64,000 bases of DNA from Takakia lepidozioides (lineage: Eukaryota > Plantae > Bryophyta), in the NCBI GenBank assembly GCA_030704615.1, contig CM060733.1, forward strand, positions 75,144,001 to 75,208,000, in the 5' to 3' direction. Position 1 is the stretch's first letter; each line of letters begins with the position of its first letter. The position numbers were made by a program, and so were the translations under genes. The notes beneath the pieces were generated by a model that saw only the letters and a program-made list of their open reading frames with translations, was not told the origin of the DNA and did not search any database. Of the stretch, positions 12,001-23,569 are shown one piece after another.

Positions 12001-13720
12001 GTGAACTCGTGGCTCCGGCGAGCATCTGCTATCTCCCGAAAGAATAGGTTGGTTTTGTAGAGCAGAAAGTACCTCGTCACATAGTCACGTAGGCTCTCTG
12101 CTGCAGGAGATATCTCCATCTTGAACTGATGTGCTTGTGTGTCCAGCTGCTCTTGCGCATTCGTCGTCACCTGTGGAGATTCTCCATCAGATCGCTTTCC
12201 TCAAAAAATACAATGAATCCACCCCCTACTAGAGTAGAAGCCCAAACGAAGCGTGGGGAAGTACCTGAAACCACCATGTCATGCGGTTCATCCACATGTC
12301 GAATGTGGGGTCAGAGAGTTTGTCCAGTTTGGGGAAGCTCCACATGTCCTTGGTACTTTGGGAACCATTCCAGATTTGGAGCCACCGGGTCTGTCCAACC
12401 ACCCAGCATATTCGTAAGCGCCAAACACCACAAAAAGGAGTTGTTGCCACCACAATTTGGTTAAGAATGTATCACCTTTTCTGTTGCATCCACACAGGAT
12501 GTGGCTAGACGATGGAGCTTCTCCAATGTCATCGTGGGCTTCAGAGCGCGAGAGTAGTGCTTCCCCACCTCCACCAGAAAGTCGGCACCAAGGGCGGGAT
12601 CAGCTATGGCCACGTACTTTACCATCCGCGACTTCTACTTTATGCGGGCCCTCACCTCCGTAGCTTTGACATACGATTCGAGTTCCGGGAGGGTTGGATT
12701 CGACTCCTTTGACTCCATGTAGAACCTCCGCGCATGTGCCAAATCCTGCTGTATTTTCGTCTGTCAAGAATGCGCACATAAGATTAGAGATCCTGCTCAA
12801 CACAATTTCTTCTATTGGGGGAGGAGATTAGAAATCACGGCGAAGACCTTTTCTTCTATTGGGGGAGGAGAGACAGATTAGCTCAACAAAATTGTCAGGA
12901 GCTTTACCCGAAATATGTAGTCCACCATGGAGTCGACGCTCAGCCTATACCAGGTTCTGTCTGCCTTTGCCTCCGACTTGCGCAGGAGGTCGGCACTGAG
13001 GGAATTGGCAAACTCTTGCACCCCCTGCTTCCCGACATCCTTCACTCGGAAGAGCATATGGGACAAGTTGGTGGCAATGAAGGCATTCTCAGTCACCCTG
13101 CAGTGCCACATTTCCATGAAACAATACTGAAATGGGAATTTCCATCATATATGAGGATTCGCAATGAAATGACTTCCAAATTCAAAGTCCAAAAGCGAGA
13201 GGGGTTGTAGCTTACGAGTTGATGTCGGCCATTGCAGCTTTGAGAAGACTGCGATCTTTGGGCCCCGCAACCTTCAGCACAACACAATCCACGGCGAAAT
13301 GCCAATCAAGGTCGTTGGGGTGGGCTTGGGCAATGTGCTCCATCCATGCCAGGACGCGATGATTGCCGTCCCACACGTAGAACATCTTACCGGACAAGTG
13401 CTGGAAAAGAGGATCACTAGCAATCGATCTCTCGAACTCCTCATTTCGCGTTTGCCAATGGGGACCCCATTTGTCCACCTCATCAGAAGTGTGGGCACGG
13501 GAAGCTCCGTGGTCGTTCTCAATGGAAACGTAAAACGCGGCAGACCCCATTCGATATCCATCCCGGAAAGAGAATTTCAGCTTGTCGATATCGCCTGGGA
13601 GGGCAGGTCTCACCACCTGCAATGACACCAAGCGGCAAAGGGGAATTCGAAGCTTGGCCGGGTACACCATGCCCCCCAGCACCCTGCCAATGTTGCTGTG
13701 GGTTGCCTCCAACATCTTTG
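9046..13720 (-). CDS. Multi-exon gene: ParB/Srx-like domain + beta-class N4-cytosine/N6-adenine DNA methyltransferase-like domain; some frameshifts; further 5' exons possible up to ~14220
   Basis: FYVWDGNHRVLAW (13356-13370); CDMILLDIPDG (10517-10528, DPPY position); splicing the 84-nt GT-AG intron 9917-9834 gives SPAFIQTLMETCSDVQGRILDFTCGTGASMWAGTLSDRHVFAFEPD (motifs X-I-II); other GT donors at 13215, ~10270, ~9635. Confidence 0.8.
11480..11885. repeat. Intronic tandem repeats with GAAAATGGCGCCGAATTTCC and GGGACTTAGCC/GGCTAAGTCCC motifs
   Basis: About 6 GGCGCC-type palindrome copies between predicted exons. Confidence 0.85.
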
Positions 13721-14529
13721 GGCGATTCAAACATGCGATGAGTTGGAGCTGTCGATGATACCACCAGCGTGCCGGGCTCGTCGTCACTCTGTCATTGACA
13801 AAAATCGTGAAAACCAACATCGGTGCAAAACCAGCATCGCAACGAGCAGCGCAACCACCATAGCAACAATCGTGTAGCAAAAATGAAAACATAACAAGTT
13901 TAGGAAGTATGGAGAGCCATGCAACAACAATGAAAACAAATGCAACCATTGCCTGAGAATGACATGCACAAGCAGCCTTCTCCAGAGCTGCCGGATTTGC
14001 ACACGCATTGCAAACAATCTAAGGTTCACTCAACTATCTAAAGTTCATCCAGCGAAGCCAGGATGAAGATGCAAAAACAAAGCGAGGTAACAAAGCGAAA
14101 GCAAAAAAGAAATCGAACAAATCGAAAGCAGAAGTGGCTTGCCTGAGAGTACTCGGCTTCAGTTGGCGCGGGTTGTGAGCAAGACACTGGAATCTCCTGC
14201 TGGAGCTTCAGTTTGGCCATGCAAGAGATTGGCCGTCGTCCGTAGTACAAAGCTTTCAACTTCCGCCGCGGTCTGGATGTGAGGTCTCTCTCAGGAGAGC
14301 CACGCCCTTCAGGCGGCATAAGTCCCAGCCAAAAAGATCTCCGTTTTTGGGGTACATGCCTCGAATAGCATGTTAAGCCAAGATTAGCATGAGATTTAGG
14401 GTACGTATCCAGGAAGCCATGTGTCGCCAGCCCGAATGAGAACCGACGGCGGTGGACATTTATTGCCCAACTGCGCAATTAAATGTCGGATGAAGCCCTC
14501 CATGTCGGATGAAAATCGACGTAAAGAGG

Positions 14530-16400
14530 CCCGGAATTTCCAACGTAGACGTAATTCGGAGCGCTGCACGATGGAATTCCGGCGCCGGATTTCCATCCTG
14601 CAGGTAATTTGGAGCGCAGCAGGATGGAAATTCAGCGCCGAATTTCCATCCAGCAAGGTAGGGCGGCGCTGGAAATTTCCCTCACGCAGGTAATTCAGAA
14701 GCGGATGGATGGAAATCCGGCGCCGGATTTCCATCCGCAAGGTTGGGCGGAGAGCGGATGGATGGAGAACCGGCGCCGAATTTCCATCCTGCAGGTAATT
14801 CGAAACCCCGATGGATGGAAATCCGGCGCCGAATTTCCATCCAGCAGGTAAGTCGGATCGCTGGCGTATGGATATTCGGCGCCGAATTTCCATTCACCAG
14901 GTATTTCATCGCTCAGAATTACCTTCCTGCAGGTAATTCTCATCGATGAACTACCTTCCTGCAGGTAATTCTGATCGATGGATTACCTTCGTGCAGGTAA
15001 TTCTGAGCGAGGAATTACCTTCTTACCTTCATCGAGCAGAATTACCTGCAGGAACGTAATTCTGAGCGATGAAATACCTGGTGAATGGAAATTCGGCGCC
15101 GAATATCCATACGCCAGCGATCCGACTTACCTGCTGGATGGAAATTCGGCGCCGGATTTCCATCCATCGGGGTTTCGAATTACCTGCAGGATGGAAATTC
15201 GGCGCCGGATTTCCATCCATCGGGGATTCGAATTACCTGCAGGATGGAAATGCGGCGCCGGATTTCCATCCATCCGAGATTCCACTTACGTGCTGGATGG
15301 AAATTCGGCGCCGGATTTCCATCCATTCGGGATTGCACTTACCTGCTGGATGGAAATTCGGCGCCGAATTTCCATCCATCGGTGATTCGAATTACCTGCA
15401 GGATGGAAATTCGGCGCCGGATTTCCATCCATCGGGGATTCGAATTACCTGCAGGATGGAAATGCGGCGCCGGATTTCGATCCATCCGGGATTCCACTTA
15501 CGTGCTGGATGGAAATTCGGCGCCGGATTTCCATCCATCCGGGATTGCACTTACCTGCTGGATGGAAATTCGGCGCCGAATTTCCATCCATCCGGGATTC
15601 CACTTACCTGCTGGATGGAAATCCGGCGCCGAATTTCCATCCATCTGTGATTCGAATTACCTGCAGGATGGAAATGCGGCGCCGGATTTCGATCCATCCG
15701 GGATTCCACTTACGTGTTGGATGGAAATTCGGCGCCGGATTTCCATCCGGGGGATGGTCTCTGTCGGAGAGGTGCCGGCCTCTCCGCCGCTCTGTTGGAT
15801 ATTCGGTGCCGAATTTCCGTCCGGGGGTTGAAATATGACGGCCAGGTGCCGACCTCTCCCCCCTCCCCGACTGCATTGGAACGGCCCCGGATTGAAATTC
15901 GGCGCCGTTTTCCCATCTGGGGAGGTTTTTATGTCGGCCAGTTTTCGGTCCGACCCCCCGACACGACTTCCTTTGGGAGGGCCCGGATGGAAATTCGGCG
16001 CCGAATCTCCATCCAGGGGATGCTCTCTGTCGAACACGTACCAACCTCTACGCCCGAGGCGACTTCATCCGGGCGTCTCCTGTTCGATATTCGGTGCCGA
16101 ATTTTCCGTCCGGGGGTTGAAATGCGACGGCCAAGTGTCGGCCTCTCCCCCTCCCCGAGTGCATCCGAACCGCCCCGGATGGAAATTCGGCGCCGTTTTT
16201 CCATCTGGGGATGTTTTTATGCCGGCCAGTTTTCGGCCTGACCCCCCGACACGACTTCCTTTGGGGGGGCCCGGATGGAAATTCGGCACCGAATCTCCAT
16301 CCAGGGGATGTTCTCTATCGCACACGCGCGCCGGCCTCTGCGCCCGAGGCAACTTCATTTGGGCTTCCCTGTTGGATATTGGGTGCCGAATTTCCATTTG
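14530..16400. repeat. Palindrome array GGATGGAAATTCGGCGCCG(A/G)ATTTCCATCC: 53-bp tandem units, then ~290-bp higher-order units
   Basis: Unit spacing 15137 to 15190 = 53 bp; dozens of copies. Confidence 0.95.
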
Positions 16401-16644
16401 GGGGTAGTAATGTGACGGCACGGTGCCGGCTTCTCCCCTTCAGCCGTCATCATCCGGACGGCCCCCCACTTTCTGACTGCATACCGTTGGCAGTTATTGC
16501 GCAAAAGACCAGGGGCCGCATTCCGGAGACAAGGTTCATTAACACTCTGACTGTGGATTTTTGAGATAGTTGGCTCCCTGGATTTGGATCAGGCTTCGTC
16601 GCTCGGACAAATCGGCATCGCATTCATTCCCATCGCTGCATACC

Positions 16645-17362
16645 TGACGCACACCTCAGTTCGGTAAACTCCCCTTCAAGTCATAGTTACTCGCTTTGAT
16701 GCGCGCGCCTGACTCCCAACCTGGCCGCCGGCCAACTTGGAGTTTCGGCTGCTCACCGGGACATAACGGTCCCTTCCGCTTCCCTCTAAACCTCCACCTA
16801 TTTGGGACTAGGAGAATTCCCTTTGGTAGATGGCAGTCCGGAACAGCTCCCCACTCTTTGGTCGCTTTCCGGCTCGCTCGCTTACTCACTAGTTTTTGGT
16901 CACCAACGGGCTTGCACCGTTCTCGGGGTTACTACTCCCTATATATACTTCTGTAGCTGTCCGCGGGGTTTTCATAACCAGCCATGCCATTTTATGGCGA
17001 ACCACCACGAAAACCCTCGACTCCCGGTGGTGAGCCGCGGTGAGTCTTGGCCCACTCACCGCGGCCCCAATGGACCGTGATGAGTCCAAGACTCCCCACG
17101 ACTCCCACCTCGAGGTCTCCACCCCATGGTGAGTCCTATGCCACCCCCACTAAGTCCCACTAAGCTACCACCACCCCTTGTGGAGCCACCTCCACCGCAA
17201 CCCGGCGTGCGGGGCTCCACCTAGTGAGCGCCTCCGCCTCCTTGAGTGCCTTGGGCACTCAAGGGTGCTTCAGCCCCCCATACCTATCGCTGCCGCTGCC
17301 CCCACCACAGGGCAGCCCCTCATGTGTCCCGACCCCCTGCCCTCAAGGCAAGGGCCGCGACA
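16645..17362 (-). repeat. 3' LTR of the chromovirus; PPT-like GGTAGGGGTGTG adjacent at 17363-17374
   Basis: Direct repeat of 22861-23569. Confidence 0.93.
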
Positions 17363-18265
17363 CACACCCCTACCAACAGGGAGTCGATGTCCTCATCGAC
17401 TTGTCCATTTTGTAGAAACGAACATCCAAGTTGTGGCGTCCCACATCAAGGAGTTTGTTTCCGTACCATGGCGTCCCATGGCAAAGAACCAAACCCCACA
17501 CTTGACTCCACTCTCCACTAGCTAGTTCGGCCGACTTCCTCCAAGTCCCGGCCAAGGGTGGAGCCTCTCCAGCTCCTCCCAGTGCACTCTTCTTGGCCTA
17601 CTTCAAGGCCAAGGAACGATCCTCCCCGAGGATCGAATCGCCTTACTGCAACACATTGCTTGCGATCGCTCATGATGCCGCTTTTGGCATCACCTTGAGC
17701 AAGGGTTCACCTGGAACCCTCTTTGACTAGGAAGATAACCTTGAACCAACCGTGCGCCCCAATCACTACAATTGGGTCCGCCTTGGAATGCTGGCCTGAG
17801 GTACGGGAACACGCCGAAGCCGCACTACGACTTCGTCCCGAGGCTACACGATTATAGTACGTGAACGGAAGCACGTAGCTTCCGCGTTAGCCCGCACTAC
17901 AAGGCAACCCCCTCGGTAGCGCAGTTATAGTACGCGCACGCGCCAGGTGCGCACTAGCACTTGAACTCCCAAATAAGGCGCAAGTTTCCTTGCCCTTGGA
18001 TGGGAGTCACCCGATTTCGGCACTGCGCAAACACACGATTAACCCAATTTACCTCTCCCACTTTTGTAAGCTAGCATGCATTCTACACACCAGCCAACCA
18101 CACCATGCATCACCATTCCAAACACAATAGGACGCACAATATTTGGAACCCATTTCCTTTATCACAAATTTTTGTACAATACAAGTTTTTGCAATCGGAT
18201 TCCTGAGCTAGCTAACCGGGCTAAGCATGCATTTCCTCCCCCACGCTCCAAGGTTGATGTCCCCA

Positions 18266-21200
18266 TCAACGCTTCTTCCGCTTTTGAGGTCGCCCTTCGA
18301 ACGCTGCAACCTGCCTCGGATGCGTTTCCCATTTCTGAGGCACGCACCCAAGATGCCTCCACAGATGATAGCCCTTCCATTTGACGAGATACTCCGTTTC
18401 TCGGTTCTTGAACCTCCTCGACTTAAGTATTGCCTCCACCTCGTACTCGGGTTCATTTTCATGATCCAACAGCATAGGTGGCGGACGCAACACTTGCTGC
18501 CGATTCGGACGTGCTTCATCTTTGAAGTAAGGCTTCAAAAGGGAGACATGGAATACTGGGGCACCTTGCTGTTTGCTGGCAGCTCCAATTCATAACACAT
18601 CCTCATTCATAACCCCGAATGCGAAAGGGACCCGCATACGGAGGTACGAACTTCGGACTCATTTCCGGAGGTAGTCGAAAATTCTTGATGTTCAACCAGA
18701 CCTCTGTGCCTGCCTCAAACTTCACTTCCCTCCGCTTCCGATTCGCCTGCCTTTCATACCGTTTCCTAGCTTTGGCAATGTTGTACTTTGCGAGCTTCAA
18801 CAAACGCTCGCTGTCTTCCAGTACCGCCGCTACTGCCGGTTCCTCAACGTCCTGGGCGGCCCAACTTGTCGGCACCAGAGGTGCTTTTCCATAGACCAAC
18901 ACAAAAGGGGAAACTCCCGTTCGCGGAGTGTTCTGTGTTATTATAACAGAACTCTGCCGCGTCTAAGTGTTCCATCCAGTCTGATTGGTCTGCCGACACG
19001 TAATTCCGCAAGAATTGCTTCACTACGGAATTCACTCTTTCCGTTTGGCCGTCCGTCGTAGGTCGGAAGGCGGTGCTCATCTTCAGCCTCGTCCCCATCT
19101 TCTTCCAAAGTGCTCCCAGAAATTTACTCGTAAACTTTGGTCGCGGTCCGAGACAATATCCTTCGGGACTCCATGATGCTTTAAGACGTGGGTGAAGTAA
19201 AGTCGCCCTGTCTCCTGCGCAGTTGCCGTCTATCCTTGGTGGGATGAAATGGCCCATTTTACTGAACCTATCTACCACCACCATGATTGCATCGAATCCT
19301 TTTGACAGCGGCATAGCAGTCATGAAATCCATCGAGACGCTTTCCCAAGTCCCCTCTGGAATCGGCAAGGGTTGTAACAGCCCGCTTGCTTTTTATACTC
19401 GCTCCGGTTTTGTTGGCATGTGGTGCATGTCTTGACATACTCCTCTGCCTCCTCCCTCAGTTTGGGCCAGAAATACTCTTTCTTCAAGAGTGCCGCAGTG
19501 CGCTTGGCTCCCCGTGGCCCGCAAGCGGGCTATCATGGCATTCTCTCAAGAGACTATCCTGATCCCTCCCTTTGGCACATAGAGACGTTTTTGCTTATAC
19601 CGGAGCAGTCCGTTTTGCAAGTGGAACTGCGATTTAACCCCGTCTCAAGTTCTGCATCACGGACTTTGCCAGCTCATCCTTCCGGCAAGCCTTCCGGATC
19701 TTCTTTGGAGCGCGTCTCGCCCTTGTAACACCAACAAGAGCTGCTGCTTTCTACTTAAAGCATCGGCCACCATTGTCCGTCCGGTTTGTACTGGATATCC
19801 ACGTCGAACACTGCCAAAGTATCTTGCCACCTAAGTTGTTTTGGGGACAACTTGGGCTGCGTGGCAAAATATTCACCGTGACATTGTCCGTGAACACCTT
19901 CACTGGGTTGGAACCAACATAGTGGCGCCAGAGTTCAAGGCAATGTACCACCGCCTTCATCTCTTTTTCGTGCGTCGGCCACGTCGCTCCACTTCATTCA
20001 GTTTCTTACTTTCGTAAGCCACTGGACGTCCATCTTGCATAAGTACACCCCCAATTGCGAGTCCGATGCATCTGTATGAATCTCAAACGGACCGATCGAA
20101 CTCCGGGATTTTAAGACTGAGCTTCCGATCATCCGCTGCTTCAATTCAGCAAAAGCTTGGCCACAAAATGTGTTCCATACCCGACTTTGGATTTACACAG
20201 AAGGTCCGACAGCGGCCCGCGATCTTGGCGAAATTTCTCAATACTTCCGGTAATAGGAGGCGAGTCCTAGGAAGGATCGCACTCCCGGGACCGAAGTCGG
20301 AGGCTCCCAGTCCAAGATCGCCCTCACCTTTCTGTCATCCATTTTGATCCCATCCTGTGTAATCACATGCCCCAAGAACTCCACTTTTGTGACCCCGAAT
20401 TCGCACTTTGAAGCTTTGGCATACAGCTTCCCTTCTCGCAATTTTTGGAACACCCTTTTGAGGTGCTCCAGGTGCTCCTCCTTTGTTTTCGAGTACACCA
20501 AGATGTCGTCGATGTACACGATCACAAAGTCATCCAACCACTCCTGGAAAAGGCTGTTCATCAGCGTGCTAAATGTCGCTGGTGCATTGGTGAGCCCAAA
20601 AGGCATCACCAAGAACTCATATGAACCATACCTTGTCCTGCACGCGGTCTTCTCCTCATCTCCTTCCGCCACCCGAATTTGGTGATAGCCGGAGCGCAAG
20701 TCGATCCGGCTGAAATACTTCGCTCCTGCCAACCGATCGAAGAGGTCGTCGATCCTTGGCAAAGGGTACCGGTTTTTGATAGTCACCTTATTCAGAGCCC
20801 TGTAATCGACACACATCCGCAGCGTCCCATCCTTCTTGTCTGCAAATAGCACCGGGGCTCCGTAAGGTGACTTACTCGGCCGGATGTACCCCTTTGACAT
20901 TAGATCTTTGAGCTGAGTCTTCAGCTCGACCAACTCTTTGTGGCTCAACCGGTAGGGCGCCTTGGCAGGCGGTTCCGATCCCGGTATCACCTCAATTTTG
21001 TGGTCAACTCCTCTTCGCGGTGGCAAGCCGCTTGGTAAATCCTCCGGCATCACATCCTGGTATTTCTCCAAAATCCCCTTGATCCAATCTGGGCTCGGCT
21101 CCCCATCGCCTTCTCCTTTCACTTCTCTAATGTAAAGCAAAAACTGGGACTCGTGTGCCTCCTCCACGGCCCACTCCTTTGCTGATAGAAGGTTTATTCG

Positions 21201-22868
21201 CCCTCCCACGGATTTGGGCGTTTCCGACACTCGTAAAACCTCGCCACCATTCCCACATGGCAGCGTGACTACTCTCTTGCGGCCATCTATGACCGCTCCG
21301 GATTTGCTCAAAAAGGTCATCCCAAAATGAGATCCACTCCATCGATCTCGCAGATAGTGAAGTTCTCACGTCCCTCCCAACTCCCCAGTTGAAGAGGAAC
21401 ATCAAACGCCAACCTTGTCGCCAACTGAGGTTCTCCTTTGGCAGAGCGCACCTCAATAGAGGCCCCCACGTCACTTGTCGGGAGTCCCAACTTTCGCGCC
21501 GCCGCCGGCGTCATGAAGGAGTGCGACGCTCCTGTGTCCACCAACAACGACACATTAGTTCCGGATATTATCCCATCCACGAACAATAACTGACTCCCTT
21601 TTCGTAAGGCGCCAGTTTCCTGATACAACTCACAAGAAAATTTGCCTACCTTGCAAGTCCTGGCGACCACCGCTTCCACCAAGCGACTGATGGTATCTTC
21701 CGACAGCTCCGTGGTCGCCCGAGTCATGTTCAATTGCCGGGGCTTCGTGCACTTCTTGGCCATGTGCCCGGGCTCCCCGCAATTGAAACACACTCCATCA
21801 AAGGTCGCCTTCTGTCCGCCATAAGTCGCTCCACCCGCTTTTCCTTTCGAAGCACCGGGTGCCGCCTTGACGTGTGAAGGCCCTCCCTTCGATTTCCACG
21901 TGCCATTTTCGCCGCGTGGCCTATCCCACTTCTTTTCCGGTCGGAGGAGTCACCTTCCCGCCGGGTCTTCTTGTGGTTCAGCTCCGTACGGCCTTGTCTC
22001 TCACCCCTAGGGACATCCGAGAAACATTCAGCCTCTCAATTGCCTCGTTCAAAGTCTTGGGTGGCTTCTCTCCAACTTCCGCCTAGCCCATGGGGCCAGT
22101 CCCGCCACAAAGTTGAAGACCATTTCTGGTTCTGCCATGTCCGCGACTTCGAGCAACAGCACATTGAAAGCCTGGACATACCCCCGAATGTCATCTGTTT
22201 GCTTCAAATTCCTCATCTTGTCCCGGGCAAGCCAGGACGCGTTGAGGGGCACAAACTGTCTCTTCATCAATTCCTTGAACCACTCCAGTTCAAGGTTTCC
22301 GGGCTTGGGCCTCGGTCGTGAAGGCGTTTCTGCCACCATTGTTGAGCATAGCCCCTCAAATAGGTGGGAGCCACTTCCACCCGATCCTCGTCACTCAACT
22401 TGGCCGCCCGGAAGTACTGCTCTAGCTCCAGGAGCCAGGTGTTGAGTGCCTTCCGTTTCGAACGCCCTCGAAGGTGCCGGGTTCCTTAGGCTTCACCTTA
22501 AACTTTGCCTTGGTGGAAGTGGCATTAGCCGCCTTCAACACGTCTTTCAACGTCCCGCCAAACTGCGCCAACAACCCTTCCCAAAAAAGGCATGCCGGCA
22601 TGGAGGCATCTCTTGGTTTGTCGGAGCTCTCAAAGATTCCTCGGGCTCCGACTCCTCGGATTTCCCGCTCCTGAGCGGCCTCGTTTTCGGAAACATTAAT
22701 CGCTTCCTCAAACGGCCGCCTCGGTGACACGTCCCCCCCATCGGGCTCACCGGGATCATCATCTTTTGGGCCGTTCCGCTTTCGCTTCGGCTTGCCCGAC
22801 CCCATGATGAGGCCAATCCCAAGGACGATCGCGTACTGAACTCTAAGCTCTGATACCAAGTGTCGCAC
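18266..22868 (-). pseudogene. gag-pol of the chromovirus (frameshifted)
   Basis: CFNCGEPGHMAKKC knuckle; LVDTGA protease; YIDD RT (20238-21320); integrase SMDF..DGQTER; chromodomain EYEVEAILKSRR..EYLVKWKGY. Confidence 0.93.
22847..22858 (-). promoter_or_regulatory. Primer binding site, initiator tRNA-Met
   Basis: TGGTATCAGAGC on the minus strand, 2 nt from the 5' LTR. Confidence 0.92.
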
Positions 22869-23569
22869 ACCTCGGTAAACTCCCCTTCAAGTCATAGTTA
22901 CTCGCTTTGATGCGCGCGCCTGACTCCCAACCTGGCCGCGGGCCAACTTGGAGTTTCGGCTGCTCACCGGACATAACGGTCCCCTTCCGCTTCCCTCTAA
23001 ACCCTCCACCTATTTGGGACTAGGAGAATTCCCTTTGGTAGATGGCAGTCCGGAACAGCTCCCCAACTCGTGTCGCTTTCCGGTCGCTCGCTTCACTAGT
23101 TTTTGGTCACCAACGGGCTTGCACCGTCTCGGGGTTACTACTCCCTATATATACTTCTGTAGCTGTCCGCGGGGGTTTCATAACCAGCCATGCCATTTTT
23201 ATGGCGAACACCAGCGAAAACCCTCGACTCCCGGTGGTGAGCCGCGGTGAGTCTAGCCCACTCACCGCGGCCCCAATGGACCGTGATGAGTCCCAAGACT
23301 CCCCACGACTCCCACCTCGAGGTCTCCACCCCATGGTGAGTCCTATGCCACCCCCACTAAGTCCCTAAGCTACCACCACCCCTTGTGGAGCCACCTCCAC
23401 CGCAACCCGGCGTGCGGGGCTCCACCTAGTGAGCGCCTCCGCCTCCTTGAGTGCCTTGGGCACTCAAGGGTGCTTCAGCCCCCCATACCATATCGCTGCC
23501 GCTGCCCCCACACAGGGGCAGCCCCTCATGTGTCCCGACCCCCTGCCCTCAAGGCAAAGGGCCGCGACA
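22861..23569 (-). repeat. 5' LTR of the chromovirus
   Basis: TG..CA termini; adjacent PBS. Confidence 0.93.

Larger units (their letters stand above)
16645..23569 (-). mobile_element. Full-length chromoviral Ty3/Gypsy LTR retrotransposon
   Basis: TG..CA LTRs 16645-17362 and 22861-23569; 5-bp TSD ATACC (16640-16644, 23570-23574); gag-PR-RT-RH-INT-chromodomain order. Confidence 0.95.

Noticed and set aside
9046-13720. Bacterial or phage contamination, or a restriction-modification locus
   Set aside because: The gene has GT-AG introns, sits inside a TSD-bounded plant TE, and has no endonuclease partner
14530-16400. CRISPR-like array of regularly spaced palindromes
   Set aside because: Spacers are homologous to each other, there are no cas genes, and the context is eukaryotic
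14396-16421. Long repetitive ORFs (MEIRRRISIH...), also at 60188-63931
   Set aside because: Open on both strands in several frames as a by-product of the palindromic repeats
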